Shown: piece after piece, positions 47,787-63,993 of the stretch | Position numbering within the stretch: position 1 is the first letter of the stretch | Layout of the letters: each line of letters opens with the position of its first letter | Origin: the human T2T-CHM13v2.0 reference genome, Homo sapiens | Assembly (NCBI RefSeq): GCF_009914755.1 | Contig: NC_060930.1 | Direction: 5' to 3' (one strand) | DNA: 64,000 nucleotides | Position numbers and translations under genes: made by a program | The notes under the pieces: generated by a model | Seen by the model: the letters and a program-made list of their open reading frames with translations, nothing else | Told to the model about the DNA's origin: nothing | Databases searched by the model: none

Positions 47787-49620
47787 TTATCAGGTTGGCT
47801 TAGCTCATTACTAACCTGCTATAGGGCAAAACCTTCACATCTGACCTTGGGTTTGATGCTTAATGTTGGCCCCATCAGAAGCCATGCCTGCACAGCTAAG
47901 TCAGATACTGCCTCACTAAGCAGGGGGCTATGGCCAGTGTGTTTTCTACTGTTTAAAAAAAAATGACAGGAGGCACTGTAATTAACATGTCCAATATATG
48001 TATAATCAGAAGTCAGAGGTGCCTCAGCCTTGGATAGCTACGAAAGGATTTTATCCAATGATACCTCCTTATTGTACATTGAATTGGTAATTCCCAAGTT
48101 TTGGACTTCTACAGAAGAAAACTTTGACAAAACTCAACCCTATTATATTTTGAATGATATAATCACAACCATCTTCCTTTGTTTGGGTATTCATTTGTGT
48201 TTTGAATAATTAAGCAGGAAATCTAGCCTGAATATTCTAGCCATCTCAAATTCCATTGGTTTATCTGTACAGCTAAAAATAATTACACTCATGTGCGCTT
48301 AATGAATAGATCAGACTGCTTCACATTCTTGCCTGCATTCAGAAATTCAAAAGGTAGGTTACCCTGCTTTTTGCTAAATTTTTTAGTGATATTAATTTGT
48401 GGAACAGATTCTATAAACTTTAAGTCCTAATGTCCAGCTTTTGGAATTATGATTTTTTAAAGTTTACCATTTGAACATATAATAATCATCAATATTTCAG
48501 AAGATTGAAAAATAAAATATATTTGAACTTTGCTAACCACTTTCTCCCTCAGTATTTACAGACCTCCACTAATTGAGATGACGCACTTCTTCAAAAATAA
48601 AGATGCTGTTCAAATACTTTCCGTGTTTGCTTAATTAAAAAGGACATTGGAAAAAATGACCTTGTATGCCCACTAATAGCAGTTTGGAAGCGACACTTCC
48701 TATTCATTATGTTATCACCATTTTCCTTTAAAATAATCATTCAAATACATGCATTTCTCATTTCCAAGAAAACTAAAGCTGACATGTAATAAACTGAGAG
48801 TTAAATACAGATCCATTATTGTGGGGCCAACAAAACCTGTGTTACTCAGATCTGATAACACAGTTGCATGTAAATTCCATGCATCTGCTTATATCTAATA
48901 TGTGCACATATTTACTCTGAGGAAATGGGAAAGCAAAGCTGGGCTCAAGAGTAGTAATGTAAACAGCATCGCACCTACGCTCAGCAGGAATCGTTTGCAC
49001 ACCTGTCTTTCTTGGAAATGTGTCAACCAGTTGTTTTCTCAGGTTCATGTGCAATTTTATCGAGCCCTGGAAACACCTACTCCACATTCACTGTGCCAAC
49101 CATTAAAGTCCAGTTTGTTTCTGAGTGAGGAGGTGGGAAAGGGCTGGTTTGGAAACCAAGTCTGTGACTGTTTCAAATGCACCAGTGGTCTCCCAAAGGT
49201 TGACTTTTATCACCTTTGAGACAGTACTCTCTGAAGGCCCCTCCCTCATTCTTACAGATTGGCATTTTGATTTTAAAAAATGAAAATGAAAAAAAAGGAA
49301 ATAGAGAAATGGGACCACATATAGAAAAACTGGGATAAAGCTTCATTTATTCAACACCCACTGTATGTCAGGCCTGTGTTAGTCTTTAGAGATACAGCAG
49401 TAAACAACTTTCTACTTTGACTTCTAAGCAATAAATTTGCTTAAGTTTACTGCAGACTTGGAGCAAAGTCTCTAAAGAGTGTGGTGATAAAATGGAGAAT
49501 CTGGAACATTAGAGAAGGAATGCCTTTGTTTAGTGGGTGACTCCTTAAATAGCATAATTTTCTAAATTTTTTAATGTCATACAGTTATTATTTTGTAATC
49601 TAACGTAAAAATGAAGTTTA

Positions 49621-49860
49621 GGCCAGGCATGGTTGCTCACACCTGTAATCTCAACACTTTGGGAGGTCGAGGCAGGAAGATCACTTGAGCTTAGGAGTTC
49701 GAGACCAGCCCAGCCAACATGGTGAAACCCCGTCTCTACAAATAATACAAAAATTAGCCAGGCGTGGTGGCTCGTGCCTGCAGTCCCAACTACTTGGGAG
49801 GCTGAGGTGGGAGGATTGCTTGAGCCAGGGAGACAGAAGTTGTAGTGAGCCGTGGTAGGG
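49621..49860 (+). mobile_element. 3'-truncated AluJ
   Basis: Alu stops after GTGAGCCGTG. Confidence 0.9.
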
Positions 49861-49938
49861 ATACATTTTTTTAAATGTTTAAAAAAAATAAACATAAAGT
49901 TTAGATGAAATTCATACATTAAGAAAATTAATTTGCTA

Positions 49939-50268
<330 letters not shown>

Positions 50269-51899
50269 TCATCCACTCATGAATGTATATGGTAGTTATA
50301 AAATAATATAGCGCAAAGTTCTAGCTACATAGATATTAAGGAGGCAAAGAGAAGGAATCCTAACTCAGCCTGGGGAGGAGTAAGAGAGGGAGTTTGGGAG
50401 GGCTTCCTGGAAGCAGTGACCACTGAGAGTTAAAACCAGAGAAGGAGTGAGGTCAAAGGAAGAACATTCTCTACAGAGAAGATAGCAATTAAAAGGAACT
50501 GGAGATCTAAAATAACTCTTCTTAATGTCTTTACTGACTTCTATGTGGGGCGTTGGGGGAAGAGCACTAGAAGAGGTTGAATATATCTAGAACATACACT
50601 ATGACTGAAGCGAGTTTGAGAGACAGGGCTAGAGAGATAAGCAGGAATAAAATCAGGGAGAGCCTTGAGCACCACCGCATTAGGAAAAGGCTGCCGTATT
50701 AGGAAAGGCTGTTCAATATGACGTAATAAAACCTAATTATCGTAGGTTCATGAGAGCTTATCCAAGAAAGGTCCTGTCACTGTCGTAGCCAGGCAGGATA
50801 TTAAAGATATTTCCGTATTGAAGACCTTTCCCTAATTCGCATCTCTGTGACACTGTCACCTACTCTTTCTTTTCCCATTCTAGCTCTTAGGCCTGGTGGC
50901 AATTCTGTAAGAGTGCCAAAAAGGAAGTACAAGCTTTAAAAAATAATTATACCATTTTTAAAACAACAAAACAAAACAAGTCACCAAAAGAAGTCTGCTT
51001 AAATTTTGCTTTCTGGGCTGCAAAGATCATGACCACTAGGAAGCTGAATTGAAGAAAAGCCCTACTTGTTTTGGCCAATGTTTTCCTCAAATAGAAGAGT
51101 CTGAATGTGTTGCCGTGTCCAGAGATTTGCTGGTATGTGGTTCAGATGCTTCTCCAGTCGAAGCTTTATGTGAAATTTTAAAAGGTGTAGGGCTCACCAA
51201 AGCCCCATAGGGAGCTATCAATCTATGTCATGGGGCGGACTCTGAATCCTTGTGAGTAATCCCCGCCTGCCTTCCCTCCCCCAGCTCTCTCCCCAGCACC
51301 ATGTAAGGTAAGTTCAGCCAGCAAACTCAGATCTGGCTCTCTTTACCCTTGAGAACCTTGCTTATGCCTCTAACACACACGCAGACGGTGAACTGGGCAC
51401 ATTGCTTTCTACTTTTATGAAGGTCACAGACTCTTACTGCTAGAGTAACCAGATCTCCTGCCTCACCAGGCGCAGTCCCAGGCGGTGTCTGTGCTGTCAA
51501 TATAAATCCCAATTTCTAACCACCTTCAGCAGGAGTTCTACCTCTGCTTGCAAGCCTTTCTCCCATTTATTCCACAGAGAAGCTTATACGATGGAACTCC
51601 CGTGAATTCCAGTAAAACCTAAGAATTTGAGAAACACCCTAGAGATTATGGTTGAGAGTTTAGCCTACAATTTATGTGTTCGAGGAACCTTCAGATAAAT
51701 TATATAATTACATTTAATAAATCCTTGTTGCACTCGTCTGAAAAATAAATAGGTAATTTTTTAAAGCATAAGGAAGGCCCATCTCCCACCCCAAGCAAAG
51801 GTAATCAAGGAACTCGGAAAACCTAGGGCAAAGAGTTGAGTGAAAGCAGATCTGGGAAGAAGCCATGTGAAGCACCACTCATGAGAAAATGGTGTTTGG

Positions 51900-52650
<751 letters not shown>

Positions 52651-52811
52651 CTACCCATAAGCTGAGTGGACAGCATGTTACTAATAGTGATTTCCCCATC
52701 CTCTCTGGCCATTCGGAAAAGCATGTTCAGCAGTTTCTGGTCCTTTGGCCCTTTCTCCTTCCCTGAGTCTTTTACAGAAGACTCTGAACTGATGTTTCAC
52801 TGGTTTTATTT

Positions 52812-53113
52812 TTTATGTATGTATGTACGTATTGGAGATAGGGGTCTCACTCGGTCGCCCAGGCTGGAATGCAGTGGCATGATCATAGCTCACTATAGCC
52901 TTCAACTCCTGGGCTCAAGCAATCCTCCTCAGCCTCTGGAGTAACTGGGACTGCAGGCATGCACCACCACACCTGGATAATTTTTTTTTTTTTTTTGAGA
53001 GATGGGATCTTGCTATGTTGCCCAGACTGGTCTCCAACACCTGTCCTCAAGCAGTCCTCCCACCTTGGCCTCCCAAAGTGCTAGGATTACAGGCATGAGC
53101 CACTGCACCCAGC
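52812..53113 (-). mobile_element. AluJ
   Basis: Alu reverse complement; TSD TGGTTTTATTTTT. Confidence 0.93.
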
Positions 53114-53119
53114 CTGGTT

Positions 53120-53340
53120 TTATTTTTTAAGAACAACCTTACTGAGGCATAACGGACATAGAACAAATGGCACATATTTTTAAAATTACAGTTTAATTGG
53201 TTTTGAGGCATGTTTATTTCTGTGAAGTCTCAACACAATCAAGATAATGAACATATCCATCACCCCAAAGTCTTCTCCTGCCCCCTGGTAATTCCTCCCT
53301 TTCCCCACTCATGCTCCCCAGATCCCATCCCCAGCCATCT
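53120..53340 (-). mobile_element. Old L1M 3' end fragment
   Basis: CACAATCAAGATAATGAACATATCCATCACCCCAAA. Confidence 0.75.
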
Positions 53341-55112
53341 TTCTTTTGGCTTGAAACAAAACAAAACAAACAAGAAACTTTTTAAAAAGTTCTTTTCAAA
53401 TTCTTTTTTAATTGCCTAATTGAAACCTTCTGAAGCTCTAAGGTTTCTTGCTAATCCATATGAAACATACCCAGCAATCTGCTTAGTTGTCTGGCACACT
53501 TTTCACATTTAAAAAAAAAAGAATAAATAAAATACAAGAAAATTCCAAGGGAGCAAAGAGTGTATTTGGCTTATTTAACAAGCATAAGGAAAAGAAGTAT
53601 TTGCTTTAGCTTAAAGCCATTGACAGCATTCTTTCCTATGGAAAAGGGAATGCCAGGAACAGCTAGACATTGAAATGGTCCAAGTTTTTATTAAAAAGTG
53701 AGAGATGGCATTGCTAAAGGAAATGCCTTCTTAGATAATAGAATTAAATCCTATTTCACCTGAGTGGAATGCCTTCTGTTTCCACAAAGCTATCAATTAT
53801 AGAGCAGCTTCTCCAGCAGTACTTTAACTAACTGGAAACTTCAGCTTTGAAAACAATGCTCAAAGTTTATTCTTGGTTTGGATTGCATCTGCTCTAGGGC
53901 GGGGAGTGGGGAGGGAATCCATTTTTGTAAATGATGGGAAGCTTTTGGAAAAGCACGTTTCTGAGTGTCCAGAGATTCTTCCATGAATTAACTGCATGGG
54001 CCCACATACAAGTCATTTCATTTCAGCTTCTTCTTGGTATAATGAGAAGATTGAACTAGAAGAATCCTCACAGTCCTTCAAGCTCTGCATTTTATAGTGT
54101 GGGACCTTGTCAGGGATATCTTTGTCCAACAAAGAGGCTCAGCTGGTTAAGATTTACCCAGGAGTGCAAAGAAGAAAAGCATTCACCCTAAGAACAGCTT
54201 CCCCTCCCATAGCCTTTCCCTGTTGAAGGCTATGTATTACAATAGCTATTGTTGTATAGCTATTATACAATTCCAGATGATGTAAACAGAAAACGAATCT
54301 ATTGAAATTTTAAAATGTTGCCAGAAAGTGTGGAGAACCATGCCACAGAACTGCTTTTGTGAGAAAATACTGCTGGTCCTAGATGCCACAATTTAGCCTG
54401 GAGTAGCTTGTGATGCATCGTTCGCAGCAACCACTAGCATGCCGGAGAGAGAATCTTCCCAGGCCTCTATTTTTATGTGCCAGCAGCTCTGAGTTCAGAG
54501 CCCCAGTCAAACACGTCCCAGCCTTTTTGATGCCGTGGTACTATAGAGAATTATATTTTGACATGTCCAGGAGCACTGGCCACCCCAAGCCCTAACCAGG
54601 CCTCTTCAAGGGCTGCAGAATTTCATATCTCAATATTCCCCTCACCTATTCATGGCCACGCACACTGGTTAAGAAGCTCTGCCCTGAACAGTTGCGTTAC
54701 TTCGTGCCCTGTTTGCAACGGAAGCAGGGAAAACACATAACAATTTTTACTTTCTACTTCTGTAATAAAGGGGGGGTGCAGATTTCTATAAATTGGGGAA
54801 TTCCCCAAACAGATGCAGGGCAGCGGTGGTGGGGAGGGAAGAGTCTCTAAGAGCATATTCCTGTATGCATAGCTGTTACTGTGGACCTTGCCAAAGCCAC
54901 TTCTGCCATGTGACAGCAGGAACTCTATTTTGGATAAGACATGATTTCAAGAGGGCCTGATACCTCATGAGCATAAGATCTGCCTACCTCCCTGCAGCCA
55001 CTCAAAGCAGCAATGCTAGATTCAGTGATCCCTTTCTTTCAAGGTTATAATTTCATGTATTTCCACAGAACCAGCCTCTGAGGCCCTTGCTTTAGAGGGT
55101 CCTATTTGGGCC

Positions 55113-55495
55113 TGCTACAGTTTTCAAGTTTGTCTCCTCCAAATCTCATGGTGAAATTTGACCTCCAGTGTTGGAGATGGTACCTAATGGGAGGTGTTTG
55201 GGTCATGGGAGCAAAGCCCTTGTGAATGCCTTGGTGCCGGCCTTGCGGTCATGAGTGAGCTCTCGCTCAGCTAGTTCCCGTGAGAGCTGGTTGTTAAAAA
55301 GAGCCTGGCCTCCCTTATCCCCACCATGTGATCTCAGCATGCACTGGCTCCCCTCCACCTTCCATGAAGCCCCTAAGCCTTTCATCAGACGCCCAATCTT
55401 CCAGGCAGCAGAATTATGAGTCGAATCAACCTTTTCTCTTTATACATTACCCAGTCTCAGGTACTTCTGTATATCAACACAAACGGACTAAGACA
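55113..55495 (+). mobile_element. MaLR solo LTR (MSTB-like)
   Basis: TG...CA ends, GGGAGGTGTTTGGGTCATGG, TTACCCAGTCTCAGGTA, ACGGACTAAGACA; perfect 5-bp TSD GGGCC. Confidence 0.92.
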
Positions 55496-57624
55496 GGGCC
55501 CTTCTCTGTCCACACCCATCCTCACCAGGTGAGGACACCAGGGAACAAACGGGATGGCCCCACTCTAAGCCCACACCATACACTCTTTCTAGCCTATGCA
55601 CCCGGCATTCAGGACCCAGAACTGCCTGCCCAAATGATCCTGAGCCTACTTCCAGGGTCAATACAGGCCTTTTCCTAAGGGAGCAAAAATGTTATTATTG
55701 GGGGGCACACTCTGAACACTGAGCAATGGTCAGTGGGGGACTGCTTTTCAGGGAGAGCATGTGGCTGGAGGGCCTACAATCCCGTGTGTAGGACAGAGCA
55801 GGGGGAAGATAAGGGAGGGGTTGCGGTGGAGGGGCACTACCTGTGTTCTTGGCCCTGACCTTGTGTCTGTAGCACCCACCCAAAAGTCTGGACTTCCAGG
55901 CTGTCACCTGCCCTCAAAGCCAGATTATCTATGTCATGTGGCCTTCCACAGTTCCCTCGATACAAAACTGGAAATCATTTGGCTGCTAAATTGTAGAGAA
56001 TCAAAACCCTCTGAGTCACAGCTGTACAGAACACATTTCACACCAAACTTAAAAATCCCATCAGACACACAGTTTATAAAATTCACCTTTTAAATACAAG
56101 CTGTCACAATGGAGTTCACAGAAGCAACAAGCCAGGGAAAATGTCATTATCTTCAGTTTAAGTCTTAATCTGACTAGGCGGTGAGTGAAATTATCCACAA
56201 AGTAATTCTCCAGAGAAGGCCTCTCTCTAATGACCTGAGTAAGGCGACCAAAGAGATTTTTTTTTCTTGGTAGAGAAGCTAAACATAAAAAGTCCAATCC
56301 CTAACGATGGCCATACCTCTCCTTCACGGTGAAAAAGTGATTAAAGCTTTGCGTAGTTAAACGAACTACCTCCCAGCACCATTATATTTCTTTCTGCTTT
56401 TTAACATAGGTCTTCAGAAAGTGCCAGTCATTCTTATCTGGGAACTCAAATTTTACTGTAACACAATGACCACCTGAAAGCAATACAGGCTGTTGCCCGA
56501 TCAATAGAACTGGAGCTCTTTGATGTTTTCCAGCCACAGGTACCTCCTGACCCCTCCATCTTTGTTCATACCATCCAGTCTGCCCAGTGGCTTCGCCCCT
56601 CCTCTCTTCCTATTGAAATCCCAGCTCTTCCTCGAGGCCCAGCTCAAATTCCACCCCATCTGGTGGGGATCTTTCTCACAGCTCTGAATTCTGAGAGCGC
56701 TTGCTGTTCGTGTCATTCATTTGGTATCTATCGTGTGTTGCTTTTGGTTGCTGATTTTCTTGTGAAATCAACTTTCTTACTCTTTTTAACCTACTTGGAG
56801 CTCTGATGTCATTTACAGCCACCCCCTTAGTTCGTTGACAAGTGGCATTTAATAAATTCATTTTGATTAATTAAATTAAAGTATTAATAAATATTTTGAT
56901 GGAGTATAGGCTGGCTTCTACATATAATAAACATTTTATATAGATTTACTGTAATATATAAGAACAAGTGTTTAAACTGATGAAGCCCAAAGACAATATG
57001 AGAGCCTTGATTATTAAAGATGCAATTCAGTATATTGTATATCCATATTCATAAGTCTAAAATGGAAACATATGTTTTGGAGAGATTTTGAGAAACAAAA
57101 TTTGACATCAATCGGGTTTGTTCAAATCCTACTCGTGGATTTGGGGTGGCCTCAGAGAATGGCTGTGGGCTGGACCACCACCAATCCTGGGCCTGGCTGA
57201 ACTGGGGCAGGAGTTAAACTAAAGCAATCTAAATGCAGATGGAGGGAAAACTTCTGTGGTCCAGAAGAAACCAGGATCTGAACATCAAGTTTAAGATTGA
57301 AAGCTAGTCTAGAAACTGAAAAACCAAAAAGGGGAAAGAATGCAATGTGTAGAACAAGTCAAGGCAAGTGTTTCAAAATTAAAGTTGTGAACAGTTGGAA
57401 AATCCAGGAGAAACTTTTACGTGATGCCTGGGGACCTAGGGGTAAAAGCAGAGGCTTAAAGTAACCACACAAGACAATATAGTGATTGTTTGTTAAGTAT
57501 TAACACCCAAGATACCAGAATATTCTCTTCTAAAGATACCCACCTTCCCTCCACCTGTCAATATGTTCCATCCTTCACTTACTCCCTGCACATGTCTTTA
57601 ATCATTGTATTAACTATTTTTTAA

Positions 57625-57933
<309 letters not shown>

Positions 57934-58785
57934 TAAAAATAATTTTCTATTCCTATTTTTGTCTCGTCTCACTAGACTGTAAACTTCTGGAGAACAGGAA
58001 CTCTCTCTCTCTCTGTTTTTTGTTTTTTGGTATATCTGCAGAGTGCAGTATGCTGCCTGGAACCTAGTAGGTGCTCAGTAATAATATATTTAACTCTAAC
58101 CTCTAAACTTAGCTGCCTGGTTCACACATATATGCTCAGCACCCAAAACAGTGCCTGACATATTATAGACTCAAGAAATATTTGCTTAAAGAACAGGAAT
58201 GAATGCATGAATGCCAATGCAAGGCCAATGTGCCACAATGTGCCAGACCCACCCTTGGTATTGGGGAACATGAGCTTTCCCTCTAGTAGTTTAATGGGAT
58301 TAAATTATTGTATATTTTATTCATTGTCAGGCTCCACAGGCAGTGAGTGTGGAAGGGATAGCCATAGGGCCATCTGAGACCAAATGCCCCCAGATGATCT
58401 AGCTCTAGTGCTATAAACCATTAAATAAAAGATTATACAGTCAAAAACCCATAGCAGATATTAACAGTCTAAGGCATTCTTACTTAGTATATAGAGCATT
58501 CAAATTTTAGTCATAGACAGCCTGGGTTTATTGTCATAGCTCAGGTGTCATTGTCATTGTCATTGTCACTCCCCAATATTTGTGAGAACAAAACACATCT
58601 CTTAATAGCAAACAGATACCATAAAAATCTCATCATCACCACCCTTAGATGTCCCCTGCCCAACCATAAAAACATATACGCCTTTCTTTACATCTGTGTC
58701 ACAAGTGGAAGTTAATTCTCCAACCCAGTTTATACCTTGACATAGACAAGTCTTGGACCTCATCTTCTAAAGGCTGAGTCTTCAG

Positions 58786-58878
58786 CACACACACGTATGT
58801 GCATATGCATTCACACACACATATACATACATGTGTGCACATGCATACACAAGCATGCACACACATACACACACACAC
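58786..58878. repeat. Imperfect (CA/TA/TG) purine-pyrimidine alternating repeat
   Basis: Read directly. Confidence 0.9.
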
Positions 58879-58952
58879 CAATGTGGCTCCCTGAAGGCAA
58901 TAGTTCAACAAACAGTCCCTTGAAAAACCACACCTTGAAGACTACTGAATTA

Positions 58953-59249
<297 letters not shown>

Positions 59250-59396
59250 CTACTGAATTAGGGTATCTCAGTTAATTACTCATTTATTTTATTCATTTAT
59301 TGACTTATTTATTCTTTATTAATTAAACATTTATTGAGTCCCTACTCCTGCCAAGTGCTTGTTTAGGTAGTGCAGGTGATTCAAAGATTAAAAATA

Positions 59397-59712
<316 letters not shown>

Positions 59713-62700
59713 AACATATTTGTTACCTTTATGGAGCCTACAATCCATTGATGAAAAGAAACAATCAAAAATCACTGTGGAGTGGGATCCATGTAAAATA
59801 GAGATGCTGAGAAAGTTCTGGTCACCCTGAGGGCAGGAACTCACTTTTATCCGATGACTGCTTTGTGCGGGATGCTTCTTAGTGGGTATCTCACTCATTC
59901 TTATAACAGACCTGGGAAATAGGTATTATTATTATAGCCATTTTCTAGATTTAAAAAAGGAAACCTGAGGAGTTCAAGTTTTGTTCCAAGTCATACAGCT
60001 AGCAAGGAGCAGAATCAGGATTGAAATCTAGTTGTCTTTGTCTGGCAAGTCTGCTAGCTGGAGCATTAGGGGCGTGGCATCATTAAGGAGATAAAACTGT
60101 AAGTATTGAAAGATTGAAAGTCCTTTACCAAACAGAACGAGTGTTTGGGGGAGAGGGTGCTCTGGGCAATTGCACCAGAGTATCTGGCGGCTTCATAGAG
60201 GAGGTACAGTTGCAAGCAGGCCTGCGTAGCTGAACAAAGGAAAATGGTGAGAGAAGAACGCACTTCACCAGGAGAGCTTCCCTAGGTTTCCTGATTTCCT
60301 TTGGAAGTTATTATTCTGGACCAAATCTGCCATCTTCTTCTCCATGACCAATCTGAGTTTGCAAACGTGTCTGTTGCCAGCCAGAGGGATTCTGTCACCC
60401 TCTCTTTACAGTCAGCTTAGATATGTTTATTTGTCATCACTGCCTGTCACTCATTAATTAACCTCACTGCGAAGAACTCGGGCCCATCAAAGCAGCATTC
60501 CCAACATTTACGTCAGTTTTCAAACTTGATTTCTTGGTGTGGAGGAGAAGCAATGTTGTGGAATGTTTTTACTTCATGAGCCACGGAATTTCTATAATTG
60601 CTTTTTATTTTGCCTGTGGTTGAAGATAACTCCTTATTTTTCCATCAAACAGTAAACACTGCCTTTGACTCCCTGGACTTCCTGAATAGGAAGATAAATA
60701 AGAATGACTCTTACAAATTTTATTATAAGGAACTGTGTTTTTAAGTTCATTGTAAGCACTGTGTAATACATCCCAAACGGAATAAGATGTGATTAGGAGA
60801 ATAATCATTTGCCTGACACTCCAATTCCAACCCCATCCCTATCCCAGAGGTTGGTCTGACTCTGGCTACTTTCCAGGAGTACAGATTGGGTGGGGATGAG
60901 GCCTACAGTAGCCTGACTCATCTCTGCATCTTTTCTTGGCTCTCTCTCCTCATGGACTCTAAGCTCCTTCTATCATTAGTGTCTACCATAGTGTCTAGTA
61001 CATAGTGAGACCGTGGTTTATTTTTAAGTTAATAAGTCAATAAATGATCTCCAAATGAGGATATCATCTACTGTGTTTGTCAATGAAAGAACCTAATAAG
61101 ACAGTTAATTTAGGGCATCCTCTTACAGGAGTAAGGTAAGTTTTGATCAAGGGAAGATGAAAGAGAATTGCGTTTAGACAAATGACTACTCCTGATTCTC
61201 ACCCCCATCTTCAATGTTTCGATTCTATTCCCATATATGAATGTCTTTGCGCAGCCCAAAGTAGGGCCAGCAGTTACACCCCCACCAAAGTGCCTGGCCT
61301 TCCTGACTTAGCTTCTTCTCTTTATTTTCGCCATCAATAATCTGCATCCACACACGGCCCTAATCTCAGCTGGATGGCAATGAGGATGAGATGCTGACAG
61401 AGTCTTGACTTTCTAGAAGAGGACAAGGCCCCCACGGGCTGGATTCAGGGGTATGAGAGGACTCCATGGGGCTGGTAGTGTGGATGCTTCCATCCAAGCA
61501 GTAGGCAGGTGAGGGAGTAAGAGTCTCCCATGATCACCATGTAACTGAAGATGGGGTGAGAAGTGAGATTGAAACAAACCCCCCACACGACCCCATGGCT
61601 CACTCACTCTCTTCCAGGCAGATAGAGGAAGAGATGGTATCATGACGATGAGACAGTAAGCCCCATGGCCCCATGAAAGGCGGTGTGACTGGGACAACTG
61701 CGTCAAGGAGTCCTCAATGTGAAAAAAAAAATGGCAATGAGGACCTTGCCATTCATTATAGAGCTCTGGGTAAATAAAAAACAGTGGAAGTTTGTTTTCT
61801 GAGCCACCGGCAAGCAGCTGATCAAGAAGAAAAGTGGATGCGTGGCCTTGCCAGATAGAGCAAAGCTAGCCATGCTCATGTGCCTGGCCCCTGCCACAGC
61901 CCAACTTGGCCAGGGACAGGGATGGGGTACGGGGTACAGTGGAGGCCAAAGGTACTAAGGACTGTGGCAACATGCAGGGGCACAGAAAAACTGGGACCTG
62001 TGACCCTAAGCACCCATCAAATGCCCAGAGGCGCTTAGGGGAGGAAGCAGAGCCAGTCCTCAGGCACTAACCTTGGAGCAAAGAGTCATGGGAGAAAAAA
62101 GACACCCCGTTAGGGAGGCCACCCAGCCTCACCTCCACCCTGCACTCCTTATACTCCCAGATAGGATAGCACTGGTCTCCCAGCAACTGCGGCTGTAGCC
62201 ACTAACTCACATGCTCCTTTGTCCATACTCCTGCAGGGGGAAACGGTGCCAGTTTCAACTCAGAGTTTGGAGAGGGCTTGCAGCGGGGAAGTGAAATTAA
62301 AGTGACTGTGCGTGAGGTCCCTTGGGTCAATTCAATGTATTGTTGTGGCTTCCACATCTGAATGTATAGAGAATGGATGTGTTACCTGCTTGCAGTTCTC
62401 AGTCCCTCCAGTGTCAGAGGGGTTCTCCCTTTCGGAGTCGGCAGCATATAGAAAGGTGCCAATGGGACATCACTCCACCACCACCTGGACGCCTGCCTCC
62501 CTGTCCCCTCCCAGATGGTCAGTAGACGGGAAAAGGGAAGTCACTAAGAACATGGCTTTTTAAAAACAAAAAAGTAGCTATTAACCTCCTACTGAGCACT
62601 TGTTGAAGCTGGAGGTCTTGTGATAATTCCCATTTGGCACTGGGTCACCTCAGACTCAGTAACTAACAAGATGGGAAGCCTCACTTCCTAACAAGCCTCA

Positions 62701-62720
62701 CTTCCTAAGTGAAAAGGATC

Positions 62721-63465
62721 TAGTCAAGAACACAGAAAGGTCCTAAATTGTCTTTACCCAGATCTTTCCTGTTTTGTTTTGTTTTGTTTTGTTTTGTTTG
62801 AGACGGAGTCTCGCTTGCTCTATCGCCCTGGCTGCAGTGTAGTAGCATGATCTCAGCTCACTGCAACCTCCGACTTCCCAGTTCATGCAATTCTCCTGCC
62901 TCAGCCTCCTGAGTAGCTAGAATTACAGGGGTGTGCCAGCAAGCCCAGCTAATTTTTGTATTTTTAGTAGAGACGGGGTTTTACCATGTTGGTAAAACAG
63001 GCTGGTCTCGAACTCCCGACCTCAGGCGATCTGCCTGCCTCAGCCTCCCAAAGTGCTGGGATTACAGGCATAAGCCACCACACCTACCCTACCCAAATCC
63101 TTTCTGAGGGGTGTATTTCCGTGAGCAACTTTGAGGAGTGAAGTAAAGTCTCAATCTAAGTGAAAGCATTTTTCTTACTTACTGCTTGCTACAAAATCAT
63201 GGGGTCCTCCCTATTGCTCAGTTGAACACAAACCCATTATCTGTGTAGCATCTATCTGGACCCTGCACATTACCCTGGGACTTGGGGACAAAGGAACTCA
63301 CACAAGCATAATGATGCTTACACTATTTATTGTGCGATGAGTAATACAGTCTTTTGTCCTCACCCTGAAATTTCATGTTTTCTGCCATTAGCCACACAAC
63401 TATAACAGTCTAACCCATTAACTTGTGGGAAAGGCAAAACCTCAGAACAATCACAGTTCTTGATA
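62721..63465 (+). mobile_element. ERVL-class solo LTR (MER54/MER74-like) interrupted by an Alu
   Basis: Inverted termini GTCAAGAAC ... GTTCTTGATA; CTCAGAACAATCACAGTTCTTGA end motif. Confidence 0.6.
62770..63089 (-). mobile_element. AluS
   Basis: (GTTTT)n tail; TSD TACCCA(G/A)ATC. Confidence 0.94.
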
Positions 63466-63547
63466 CTGGGTCCAGGAAGCGGTGGGAGGAAAGAGCTGAC
63501 ATTCAGCAAAGTGAGTGATCACGTTGACGCGTCATTCACTTAGGATC

Positions 63548-63993
63548 ATTTCTTTTTCTTTTCTTTTCTTTCTTTCTTTTTTTTTTTTTTTTTTGAAGTT
63601 GTATAACTTATTTGACAATCAGCACTTAGTTCTTATTCACATTGACTGTAGATTTCTGAAAGTGGCAACAGGTGCATAGGTAACCAATGTACAGACCTTG
63701 TTTGGCTCATTTCTGAACCACACATGGCATGGGACATTCCTCATTCCTTTGGCCCGGAAAGCTTTGCTGAGCTTAGTATGAATGTGTGTAATGGGAGTTC
63801 CCCTCTCCTTCAGGACAAATTTCTGGCCCTCTTTGAGTGCCCCAAGGGGTCTGTTTCTTGAAGCCCACTCTGCGAATGAGCTTGTGAATGTCGATGGTTT
63901 AGTCTCTGGTCACCACCTCATTGAGGGCAGGTGGCCCTTCTTGCCACCTTACTATTCAGAAACCATTTTTGCCAGGTCCAGATAGAAAGGAAG
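63548..63993 (-). pseudogene. RPL31: Old processed pseudogene of 60S ribosomal protein L31
   Basis: On -: TOP CTTCCTTTC, ATG at 63966, remnants NEVVTRD*TIDIHKLIRRVGFKK, AKGMRNVP, TLVTYAPVATFRNL; internal deletion; stop 63626-63628; poly(A) tail 63548-63595. Confidence 0.92.

Noticed and set aside
62676-62708. 16-bp tandem duplication AAGCCTCACTTCCTAA
   Set aside because: Ordinary local slippage duplication with only two units; not an array.
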